Shown: in pieces, positions 15,401 to 26,458 of the stretch | How positions within the stretch are numbered: the first letter of the stretch is position 1 | How the letters are laid out: every line of letters starts with the position of its first letter | Assembly (NCBI RefSeq): GCF_036588685.1 | Contig: NC_086376.1 | Coordinates: 9,920,001-9,984,000, forward strand | DNA from: Mytilus trossulus | Taxonomy: Eukaryota | Direction of reading: 5' to 3' | Length of the DNA: 64,000 nucleotides | The notes under the pieces: generated by a model | Told to the model about the DNA's origin: nothing | The model's database searches: none | What the model saw: only the letters and a program-made list of their open reading frames with translations | Made by a program: the position numbers and the translations under genes

Positions 15401-16100
15401 GATCTGTAACTCATCATGGTTAACTCACAAACAAAAAATCAGCCCATTATCTGAAGGCGTTTAGAAAAAAAACTCCGTATAATGGTTTGTAGCAGCATGA
15501 CGGAATGACAGAATTTCGGAATGGCAGAATTTCGGACAAGGAAAACCTATATGGCACCGACAACTTCGTTGCAGGGCCATAAAAAGTACATTGGAGAGAA
15601 GTCATTAGCGAAGTTGACAGAAAACTAAAAGGATATATACAGTAGTGAAATAATATTAAAAATTAATTGATTAAAACTATTTCAAAAGTAAAAATTATCA
15701 TCTGTTGAGCTATCTCCATTGACGTTCGTCCTTAAGATGCATGAAATGTTTGTCACTGGACATAAAGGAAAGAAAAACAATAAATTAATCTATTGGCGTT
15801 GCTTTAACAATTTGACTTATTTTTCTCTTCCAATACAGTAAAATCTTTGTTTCCGAATCAATTATTACTTACCCGCATGGCTCGCGGATCTGGTTTTACT
15901 CTCTCATATTCTTTAGGTATTCCTTTTATGGTTGATTCGTCTTTAACAGCAACTCCGCTATTTCTCAGTGAAATGTTTAAATTAGAGCATATTTCGTCCA
16001 TAATGTTGTTTGCTTCGTTATTTTTATTGCTTTCAACGATTTCCACATTTTCTGCTATATCCATACTGTCAAGTAAGGTTAGATCTGACTTGTCATTCAT
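12418..16100 (-). CDS. Predicted small uncharacterised protein, ~119 aa, 2 coding exons (16100-15873; 12549-12418)
   Basis: Acceptor tttctttctacctatacag just before ATG 16100. Donor CGG|gtaagt at 15873 (phase 0). Acceptor tttttatattgtag|GTC at 12549. Spliced frame is open: ...KEYERVKPDPRAMR|VLLRHLYDTTGQLYEDVPPRFKTSHIGLALYLKHCLQHSNMLQ*. No family recognised. Confidence 0.6.
12655..13986. repeat. Minisatellite, 26-bp unit (ggctagggcttgtaactatatcatat) with 29-bp +ggc variants, ~50 copies
   Basis: Direct tandem periodicity. The rare variant ggcggat recurs at ~12945, 13188 and 13512. Confidence 0.97.
14333..14830. mobile_element. Non-autonomous Helentron-associated element (HINE/DINE-1-like)
   Basis: Starts aaacaag, then short hairpin gagc-tact-gctc, sub-terminal IR atacccccgc / gcggggtat, two ~168-bp internal repeats (14414, 14582) and a GACG/GACT microsatellite (14728-14783). 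Confidence 0.75.
14890..15585. mobile_element. Second HINE/DINE-like element with internal tandem repeats
   Basis: aaactag start, hairpin gtgtc-aaagc-gacac, sub-terminal IR atggccccg / cagggccat, ~57-bp and ~170-bp internal repeats, gacggaatgacagaa simple repeat. Confidence 0.7.
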
Positions 16101-16734
16101 TTCAAAGAGCTGTATAGGTAGAAAGAAAGTGCATAAATACAATGGAATAAGTTTTTTCCGTCAAGTTTGATACGATATAAAGGAAAGGAAAACAAAAATT
16201 TAATTTAGTGTATTTTTCCTCAATTGTTTTAATCACTTCATTTATAGCATGGGCACTTGTCTCAGATTTTTTTTTTTATCACTGACTGATTTTTTATGTA
16301 TAGGTTTAAAAACGTAAATGTAGCTTTGAAAAACAATCTGAGACGAAGGCCTGTCTCTTCAAGATATATAGAACATATGTATTGCGATTGGTTTTCGAGT
16401 GTGAAAGTAACTGATAGATACTCGATTGTCATGTAATAGTATTTGTAGTACATTATCTTAGTAGTCGGTTTAAAATGAGTGGTATTAAGCGGTATCATAA
16501 TACTATCATCGGAACTCCTCGTATGTTTTCATTATTTCGAAGGAGATATCTGAGGAAGAACCTATTTATAGCACAGTTCTATTTTAAGGTATTTACATAA
16601 TTTTTGTCCTATCAAAAGTTTGAATTAAACATTGCACCACCAGATTGAAATACAACGACAGTATAAATAGATAACAACCAACTACCTTTTCATAACAACA
16701 AATACGTACAGAAAAAGGGTCGAACCATAAGACA

Positions 16735-19700
16735 ATGGTGCAGAAAATATCCAAACGGGGTGTCCACTCAGGGAACACCCTCAGAGCATCAAATTCAAGG
16801 TAAGTCAATACAAAATTAAATGTGCTTTTCGTGTTATTTCATTGTGTTTTGAAAACAATATCAAAATGTAAAGTACATGTGAATTGATTAAAATCAGTTA
16901 ATAAAATTAATGTGCTCCTGAATATATCATTACAACGACCCCCCCCCCCCTAACCCACCTTTTCCATTGCCTACAATTGCTGCTAGTTTGAATATTGGTA
17001 AACATTTATCATCATCGAGAGAATTTTGTCAACTTATAATCACATATTTCCAAACCTTTTCGTTTGTTAACACTTGACACCAGACTTGTCTTTATACACC
17101 CTAATTCTCAGGTGTTTTATTAATTAAACTTCGAAACTTTTATAATAAATCTAATGCTAGAATTAATCATATGAAAATGTATTTCAGCTACATTAGCTAG
17201 TGCTACTTAATTAGCCCTCGCATATAGACATTCTAAACTTTACTTTGAAGTCGTCGAAAAGTCACTCGTCATATGTATACTTAAGGTGGGCTGGCTGTGG
17301 CCTATTCGAAGTTTCTATCAGAAGTGCCGTATTTTTTGTTATTTTACTCTTTACAGAAATTGAATCAAATTGGTCGAAACAATAGGGGTATCAAAAAACG
17401 TTCTATGACACTTGGTCCAAAACTGTAATACACAAATCTTAAATATAGCTTCAAAGAATGAGCAAATAAAAAACATAGATCACCGAATAGGGAAAAAAAA
17501 TATTTTGCCTTCAGACCTTTTAATCACATAACTACAATGATTTAACAAGTTCTAATCAATCGAAATATTTAAAAAATATTGGTATTTCATTGTAGGTTCA
17601 ATCGTACATACAGTAGGAGATCTTGTCTTCTAAGAAAGTCATGGAGTCCAACAGCAGTGAAAGATACCATTTTGGAAGACCTAAATATCGATAGAGATGA
17701 TGTGTTATATTCGCTCAATAAAAAGGGAAGATGGGAACTTCCGGAAATGCTGAAAAATTCCATTTTGACAGGAAGCTACAAGAACTTGAAATCAAACGTC
17801 AAGTTAATTGTATCCCATGACATCCGAAAGAAAAGTCATACTGTTGGGTACTATTCCTCAAAAGGAAATACGAAGAAAATAGAAAGTAAAAAGAAAACTT
17901 ATTTCAACGGGGAATCAGTCGTAGCTCAAAGCAGAATAGACGACAAAACTGGTACACAACCTATCCTTCAAATTGAAGTCGTTTACCCTAGTCCATCAAC
18001 ATGTTCAGTAGTTCACAATCCAAAATATGTCGGGCATTATATTGATAAACCTGAAAATGGGCGTGGCCGAACAACAAAAGCCAGAAGACAAAGGGAGAAA
18101 CTCAGTGTTGGTCAATACTATGACGAATATTGCGAATCATTTCAAGATAATTATGACGACGTATCCGAAACGGAAGCGGAGTTAGACGATGAATCTGCTT
18201 CGTACCTGTACGAAAACGCTAATAAAGAAGACGTCACAAACACAGAACTATTAGAAGATATCATGATACATGCTGCTTTAATGCAAAGTTTGTGTCAAAG
18301 AAACAACATTAACTATTTTGCAAAGCACATTTTCGAATCTAAAGACAGAAAAATATATGAACCTAAAATGACGGCAGACGAAACGGAAACGCCCCAAATC
18401 GAAGAACCTACAAGTTTAACTGTAAATGAGAATAGAAAAACAATGGAGCCCGTGTTTGTCTTACTTCCAAAAAGAGAAGTAGAGAGTTCGTTGTTGAAAG
18501 AACGATATGGCAAAAGCTATGTTGAATGTCCTTGTTTACCACGAAAGTTTCTAATCGATGTTAGCGACAGAATGAAAATGCGATTGAAAAACTCCGGATG
18601 TTTGAAAGCAGAAATCTTAAAAAATTGGGACCTGACCTCCTGCGTTGTATTTACATATGATGAATACGATGTTAACAGCACAGAGACACACAGCGTATTT
18701 AGAGTATGTCTTAATATTGGAACAAACTCAGAAAAATTCAGAATTTTGACAATGTTTGACTATTACAACGGTTGCGTAGAAGATGTCTTACACAGAGCTG
18801 TGACATTCCTAGATATGATGTCGACCGACGGATTTATAGAAAATGAAAAACTTCCCCCGATAGAAAGTTTGTCCATGAAATTTGAAAATTTGAACAATTG
18901 TCAAAATTTTAAGAAAGACGCGTCTTTAGTTTCGCGGAAAACGCTATTTAAAGATATTTTTAACAGCAATTTGAGGGACAATGAAACAGTTGTTGAACTA
19001 GGTTATGAATGCATTTCGTCAGAATTTTGTGGAATTTGCTATGACTTTATAGCTGAAGGAGGAAAACCTGGAACAGCTCTTTCATCCTGTGGCCATTGGT
19101 TCTGTGATGAATGTTGGATAGACCATTGCAGATCGCGTATGATTATGGGTTCTGTGAACATAACATGTCCAGAACATGGATGCAAAGAAACCGTCGCTGA
19201 AGCTGTACTTTTGACATTTATAAACGTGTTCGAAGTAATTAGTTTAAAACGACGAGACCATGACCTTAAGTTGCAGGCTTCTGACGCTAAATGGTGTCCA
19301 AATCCAAACTGTTGTAGGGTAATCACAGTAACTAATCCGGAAAAAGCGAAGGATGTTGCGTGTAAGTGTGGAACACACATTTGCTTCCAATGCTTGCAAC
19401 CACCACACTGGCCAGTTCCATGTGATAAAGTGCCAGCCTACTGGAAAAAGTTGAAAATGAATGGTGACGACATCACCATATCAGAAACATTTGTAAAGGT
19501 CCGTGGGAAATCATGTCCGAAATGTAAAAGATTCGTTGAGAAACTGGGTGGCTGTTTCTATATGAGCTGTGTATGCGGAGCTGAATTTTGCTGGGGATGT
19601 TTAGGCACGTATCCAAACCACGTAGCGAGTGAAAAATGCAATCAGTACAAACATGGAGACATTAAAGGAACGAGTACTCTGCAGGTAACGGAAGTGGATG

Positions 19701-20212
19701 GTTATATTAATCTATCGAATAGAAACAGAAGTGGAGATTACAAGAAAGCCGTTAACCACCGCAAGAGTCGCCATCCACTTAAAATAAGCCAAATAAGATC
19801 AGGCTCTCGTCAGATCATATTTAAATGTAAAAACGTTGCCAAAAGAAAAGGACCCCTATATTTTCAAATGTTTAAGGGTACAGAAGATAATGTTTCTATA
19901 TATTCAGATGTAGAAGAGAAGATTAAGGAGCTACTGAACAATATAGTATCGGTCTACATAGAGCTCCATCACATGGCAGAATATTGCTACGTGTTTATTG
20001 AAAAACTTATGAAATCTGGTATTAAATGTTCACATCTTCGAGGAAATGCTGAAATGCTGGGTTATTTAGCCGATAGGATATTTAGTATTTTAACAGATTC
20101 CGCTGAAGTGAAGGACTGCCGACCACTTCTCTCTTCCTTGTTACAAATTCAACAAAAATCAGTAGATGTCACGAAAAACATTGTTTCAGTCACTAAAAAG
20201 TTTACAGTATAA
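16735..20212 (+). CDS. Ariadne-like RBR (RING1-IBR-RING2) E3 ubiquitin ligase, paralog 1, ~893 aa. Exons 16735-16799 and 17596-20212
   Basis: RING1 CGIC..CGHWFCDEC..CPEHGC, IBR WCPNPNC..CKCG.HICFQC..HWPVPC, RING2 CPKC..EKLGGCFYMSC.CGAEFCWGC, helical C-terminus. True ATG is in a 65-nt exon (MVQKISKRGVHSGNTLRASNS, AG|gtaagt) spliced in phase 2 to ttgtag|GTTC. Confidence 0.9.
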
Positions 20213-20723
20213 ACATGCATTTGTGAAAAGACTTGCACAACAGAAGTGATACAAAAGTGTAAATCAAAATTAAAAAATGTAAAATTATTAACAAGTTTTT
20301 GTTTGTTTTTACTACACGAACTTAAAAGAACTTGAAATGACACCAAGGTCGTCTGATAATAAGTAAAATATCAGACGAATACGTATGTTTCTGTTATACA
20401 AATTTGCATGGTTGAGAATAACTCCATTTGGTTATTCAAGAGTTGCTGTTTATGCAATCTCCTTTAAAGTTTGGTTGTCGATACTAGGTATGGAACAGCA
20501 TAATTTTAATATCAAATTGTTTGCTTCCAGAAATTGATTAAATTTCCCATTGCTCTCCTTTGTACTGGATTTTCTTATCTCTCAAACTGGTTTTAAAGAG
20601 TTCAGAGCTTTTCTATATTCAGCTTTTTAGCTTACTCTTTCTAAGGATCTTTTGATATTCTTCTTAGAAAGAGTGGATGGTTGCAAACAAGAATGTGTCC
20701 ATAGTACACGGATGTCCTACTCG

Positions 20724-20980
20724 CACTATCATTTTATATGTTCAGTGGACCGTGCAATAAGGGTCAAAACTTTAATTTAATTTGGTATCGAAAATAGACA
20801 GATCATATCATAGGGAACATATGCACCCAGTTTCAAGTTGATTGGACTTCAACTTCATTAAAAACTACCTTGGCCAAAAACTCTAACATGAAGCGAGACA
20901 GACGGACAGACGTACGAACAAACGGTCGAACGGACGCACAGATCAGAAAACATAATGCTCTTAAATGGATCATAAAAAGA
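20724..20980. mobile_element. Short HINE/DINE-like element
   Basis: aaacaagaatgtgtcc..acacgg hairpin start, GACA/GACG/GAAC microsatellite at 20896-20940, A-rich end. Same layout as the 14.3 kb element. Confidence 0.6.
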
Positions 20981-23900
20981 TTAAACATTTCTGGATCAAA
21001 TCAAAGGCCTCGTTAAATGGGATTTTCTTTTATTATTTTACAGATCTTTTGATATTTCCTTTTATATTTATTTTTTTTTGCACCGAAGAAAAGACATTAA
21101 TCTAAAAATTTAGCCCGACACACCGAAGAAAAGACCTCAATTTGAAAAGTTAGCCCGATATTCTGAACGCATCTGGGAATGAACCCGCGCTTAAAATAAG
21201 GAGATGTGTTAAATATGGCCTCTGTCGACCAGTTTCATCAGCGAAAGTCAGCAATCATGGGTAACTATATGGTCTTCAACATTGAGCAACATCCATACTG
21301 TATAGTATTTTATATTTTAAAATGCCCGACACTTTGTATGCAAAAGAGAGGCGAAAGATACAAAAGAAATATTCAAGTTCATAAAAAAATTGACAGTTAT
21401 GGTTAAAAAGATAGAAACAAATGTCAGCAAACTTTCACCAATGTTACTTCAAATAACTTAATGTTTATATGGAACCCGGATAACTATGAGGTAATTGTGG
21501 AATTTATTGCTTAAAAAGATTTCTTAAGGTATACCAGGACCATTTAACAAAATCTGTAGTTTAACGCCCACTCTCATCAAGAAAACATTTCTAACTTTAG
21601 TTTAAACTTGTAACTGGGGATTTCACAAAATTCTTTGCATGTTTTCAGTGAATTTGTACAAAATCAAGGAAACTGCTAGTACCAATTGCTCAAAATCAAT
21701 GAAACTGCTAGTACCAATTGCTCAAAATCAATGATTCTTATATTTATATTTACAAAATCCCTCATTCTTTAAGTGATTTTATGAAACTCCCAGCTACAAA
21801 TACGCACATTATATTGATTATATATACAATATGTCTAGCGTTTGAAAATGTGATCGAGTCTACGGTAAAAAAAATAATAATATTAAAAACTAGCATAAAA
21901 CAATCAAAACTCTACCGTCAACAATTACATCCAACTCTTCAAATAACGAAAAACATTCGAAGATTATTTACCACATCTATTGGCGAGATTCATGACTGGG
22001 TACATTTGTTGGGGTTGAGCCAGTGTTTTTCGTCCCCATTTTACCTTAATCGCTTCTCTATGACAGGTAATTGTCTCAGATTTTTACATTATGTATAAAT
22101 AGGTAAATTGGGTTGTCTTCTCAAAATGTATATATATAAACTATTCTAATATGACGTGCTTCTTTCGCTTTGTAAACAACACTGTGTGAAAATTCTCGAT
22201 ATATCTATACTTAGCGCAGACTCAGAGATATACATAATAATGGATGTTACAATATACCTCCCACGTAAATCCACATGTATTTGAACCTACATTGCAAACG
22301 CTTTGCCAAATTTATTGTATTACTAATTTTAATTAAACAAAAAACATTGCAGAACTTTTATTCTTATTCAGATGCATAATAAAAAGAATTAATGTATTGC
22401 AACTAGTTTTGTTTATTTCCTAAATATAGTAACACTGTATATTTTGTGCAATGTCAATTTCATCATGGAACACTTTCTCTACAATGAGGGGTTCATTAAG
22501 GGATGCAAATAAGCTTGATATTTATGTTACGATTTAAAAAAAATATCAAAACACTAATTTAAGTTGCAGTATAAAAACAATATTTAGTCAATATCACAAA
22601 AATAAAAACTTTTTTGTAACCAACGAAGTTCGTATAATATTGTATTAAAATGGAATTCTGAGGTTTTCTATTCTATTGCCTTTGATTCAGCGAGTCAACA
22701 TGGCAGCTCCTTCTTTACGAAATGTCAATTTTGGATTTGACGGTAGCTTACGGGAAAACATGTTGTAAATTAAAAATCGGAAATATTGGGTTTGAGAATT
22801 AAACATATTTTTTCTAGCGGTTATTAACGAAATAATCAATGCAAGTTAAAGATGTATGAGCATGTTTGAGCTTTATCTAACAAGGAGTAAAAAAGAACAG
22901 CTCCACACACGGCATACCAACCCTCGATTCAGTATTTAAATTAACTTATTTGTCCTATTAGAATCGAAATAATTCATGGAAGCCATAGATCACGGCCGAC
23001 ACTCGGCTAACCGAGAGATAGGTCTGTTAATCTATATTGAGTATGCGGCTATATCGGCGGTGGGTCTGTTAATCGGGTTGGCTAAAGTCTGTTAATCAGG
23101 CGTTATCGTGAAAATCAGTGCAAGGTCAGCATGTTTCATTGTATAACTTTTTTATTATATTTATATCATAAAAACTATTTATGTCTGACAAAATGATTTG
23201 GAGTACTGAATCCAGTGGTGTAATTATTTTTTTTCTAGCTTCAATAAACGATCTATAAAATGAAAAGGCGAGTTACTCATCAGTAAATGTATACACATTT
23301 TACACACACACAATGTACACAAAAATGACAAGTTGGTTGAGTTTACTTGCATGCAATCTTTTGAACATCGAAAAAAGACTGGCATTATGTTTGTTTACCA
23401 TATTAACATCAATATGTGAAAAATCTACACGAAAAACTGTATTTTGGTGACATAAATCAATTTTTGATAAAAAAATATGGTCTGTTAATGGGTCGGATGT
23501 ATAAAACTCGGTCTGTTAATTGGTCTGTTAAGAGTTATGAATGACATTACAAGTATAATTTAATTGCCATATGGGGTGTTATCTGAATAAAGAGATAGGC
23601 CCAAGATTAGTGGCTAGAATGAATGGAAACAACACATGAACAAGGATACATAAGTTTAGACAATGGAATCTGAAAATTGATGAAAATGATTTTAAAAAGT
23701 GTAAAATCAAAGTAATATTAATTTTATCAAAGTATGGTCGCATTAATCATGTGGATTCTGTTTCATTGATATGAATGACACCAATTTGTCATTTACATAG
23801 TTAAGAAGTATATTAAGCAGAGATAAACTTTCTAATGTTTGGATTTTTTTATCAAATGAACTGAAATATGTTTATAATGCAAACAAATATAGACAAACCT

Positions 23901-24378
23901 TTCAACATTAACCTTTCTCTACATTACCTTGAAGGTCACTCAATAGAAAAACAAGCACGTTTGTGGACTGCGAGTCGGCTAAATGACTTACGATATCATA
24001 GGAATACATCATTACTCGAAAAATAAAATTAATATGCATTTATTGTAATTTACAGGAATATAAAAGTGTCTTGTTGTTACACATTGAATAAGCACCCAAC
24101 ACTTATATAAAAAAACTTACTAATGTCTATTTCTTGTTTAGAACCACAGTTTAGAACTTGGTACAGACATTTCGATCCTTAGGCGGCAGAAAATGAGAAT
24201 GATGACTCGGTACAAAGGAAATAAACTCCTCATAGATACCAGGATTGAAATTTGATATTTGCGCCTTATATTTATGCCAGACACGCGTTTCGTCTACGAA
24301 AACCTCATCAGTGACGCTCGAAAAAAATGTTTAAAAGGCCAAAAACAAAGTTGAAAAGCATTTAGGAAATACAACTAA

Positions 24379-25079
24379 TACCGGCGTCACACATCAGCGT
24401 ATAGCTCCGGCGTGTTAAAAATCATTTACGCTGCCTATATGCTTTAAGCGTGTATTAGGCGTACTAGAAGCGTACATAAAGCTGAGCGTTTATTTGGCGT
24501 TCAAGAAACGTATGTTGGCGTATGTTGTATGTTTTTTATGCTGCATAAAAATTTCCTCGGGTTGCAGCGTTCATCAAGCGTATTAACTTTCCTTCAGTGG
24601 CTAGAGGTATAGGGGGAGGGTTGATATATCATAAACATGTTTATCCCTTCCGCAATTTTACGCCTGTCCCAAGTCAGAAGCCTATTGCCTTTGTTAGTCT
24701 TATATGATTTTTAATTTTAGTTTTTGTGTATAATTCGGAGTTTATTATGACGTCCATTATCACTGTACCAGTATGCATATATTTAAAGGGGCCAGCCGAA
24801 GGACGCCTTCGTGTGTGGGAGTTTCTCTCTACATTGAAGACCCATTGGTGGCCTTTGTCTGATGCCTGTTCTATGGTGTCGGGTTGTTGTCGCATTGACA
24901 CATTCCCCATTTCCTTTCTCAATTTTACCTTTGTATTTCGACGTACTTCAAACTTATGCAACGCGCTTTGAAGGATTACTAAGCGTTCCTATGGCATGCA
25001 ACTAACGTATACCGACTTTGTCAGTTTTCTCTGTACGTTTGGTGCACGCTGGTCTATCCGCCAATGTGTGACGCCGTCA
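24379..25079. mobile_element. PIF/Harbinger-like MITE nested in the TIR transposon
   Basis: TIR cggcgtcacacat / atgtgtgacgccg. TAA TSD at 24376-24378 and 25080-25082. It interrupts another repeat (..gaaatacaactaa|ggtaatctattcctgagg). Confidence 0.7.
24594..24927 (+). mobile_element. ~330-bp interspersed repeat (SINE/Helitron-type, class uncertain) nested in the Harbinger-like MITE
   Basis: Homologous copies at 52863-53165 and, independently, 45255-45500 (shared ..gacacattccccatttcc..ctcaatttt end). Confidence 0.7.
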
Positions 25080-26458
25080 TAAGGTAATCTATTCCTGAGG
25101 TAGAAAAGCCTTAGTATTTCAAAGAAAACGCATGGAATTTAATCAGCTGAATTGCAACACATGACATATTCATAGATGTTACAGACTTTAAAAAATAAGG
25201 CTGATTGATAACTTGGCGTAAATAATAAATGCATGCGAATTCGAGCGGCAAATAAGTCTATATAACGCTAATTTGAAGTGACTCACCCTTTTAATGAAAT
25301 GCAGAGAAAAAAAATAAAAGTGCTCTTTCTACTGTTGCACGGTATTGTAAATTTTTCGTCATAAGTACATCTCATTGCTTTTCAATGTGAAAATATAAAC
25401 TCAAGGTAGTGAGACTATTGTCGTGGCTAAATAACTCTTAACTGACATGATTTAAATTGTCCAACCCATTAACAGACTGTATTCCCCTAATTTTCATTAA
25501 AATGTGGTATAACTCAACTTATATAACAATTATGAAATATTTATCAATGACAATTGATTTTTTTGGAACCAAAGTACTACTTTGTGTCCTTTAAATCATA
25601 TCTAAAAATGGTTTTTGGCCTTTTATCTAAAATATTGCTATGCGTACAAGCACAAAAAACACATACTTGCGCTACGCCTTTTCGTTTTACTTAAAATTGC
25701 GCAGGCTATGCATTTTTTTTAATGGTGGAAAATGTTCTATGATATATATCATTTTGCCAGACACTTTTCTTTTTTTGATGTGATTTTCATAATGTGCCAA
25801 AAAATCTGTATATTTAACAGAGTTTAACATTAAATGGTGAGTTTTCCTCTTAACAGACTTTAGCCAACCCGATTAACAGACCCACCGCCGATATAGCCCT
25901 ATACTCAATATAGATTAACCGACCTATCTCTCGGTTAGCCGAGTGTCGGCCGTGTAGATTTGTTGGAAATTTACACATGGCCTGGGCCGTGATATTCGTT
26001 AATTTTATCCCTCGCTAACGCTCAGGATAAAATTCGAATATCACGGCCCAGGCCATGTGTAAATTTCCAACAAATCTATGGCTTCCATGAATTATTTCTT
26101 AAGTATATGACGATCCATTTCCCGTTATGAAACAAGACAGTAATACATTGTTACAGTCGTTTAAAAATCAATATTTCTTGGTTTTTTAAAAAATTCTGTT
26201 CTGAATGGTAATATGCGTTATCATACAACTATCATCAAGTTTTCGTATGTTTACTTTAATTCGAGGGAGATATCAGAGAACGTACCTATTTATCACACTG
26301 TTTTATCTTAAACTATTTACTTACAATTTTGTCCTATCAATAGTCTAATTCAAACATTGCACCACAACCGTGTAATACAACGACAGTATAAATAGATAAC
26401 TATCAACGACTTTTCTTAACAACAGAATAGAACAGAAAAAGCGTTGAACCACCAGACA

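Larger units (their letters stand above)
22991..25954. mobile_element. Non-autonomous DNA transposon, Transib/RAG-superfamily-like, copy 1 (2964 bp)
   Basis: ~105-bp TIRs starting CACGGCCGACACTCGG and ending CCGAGTGTCGGCCGTG. 5-bp TSD TAGAT (22986-22990 / 25955-25959). Repeated GTCTGTTAAT motifs. No long ORF. Confidence 0.85.
22966..26098. mobile_element. Near-perfect hairpin MITE (~165 bp when reconstructed), split by the TIR transposon. Pieces 22966-22990 and 25960-26098
   Basis: gaaataattcatggaagccatagat + ttgttggaaatttacacatggcctgggccgtgatattcg is the reverse complement of cgaatatcacggcccaggccatgtgtaaatttccaacaaatctatggcttccatgaattatttc. Confidence 0.85.

Noticed and set aside
17579-17595. 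TTG start of the 877-aa ORF (and 26980 for the 880-aa ORF)
   Set aside because: These bases are intron acceptor sequence. A conserved upstream ATG exon splices in frame in both paralogs.
21080-21735. Short direct duplications (caccgaagaaaagac; gaaactgctagtaccaattgctcaaaatcaatga) and a 126-aa ORF starting at 21718
   Set aside because: Ordinary local slippage duplications. The ORF has a TTG start, AT-rich composition and no motifs.
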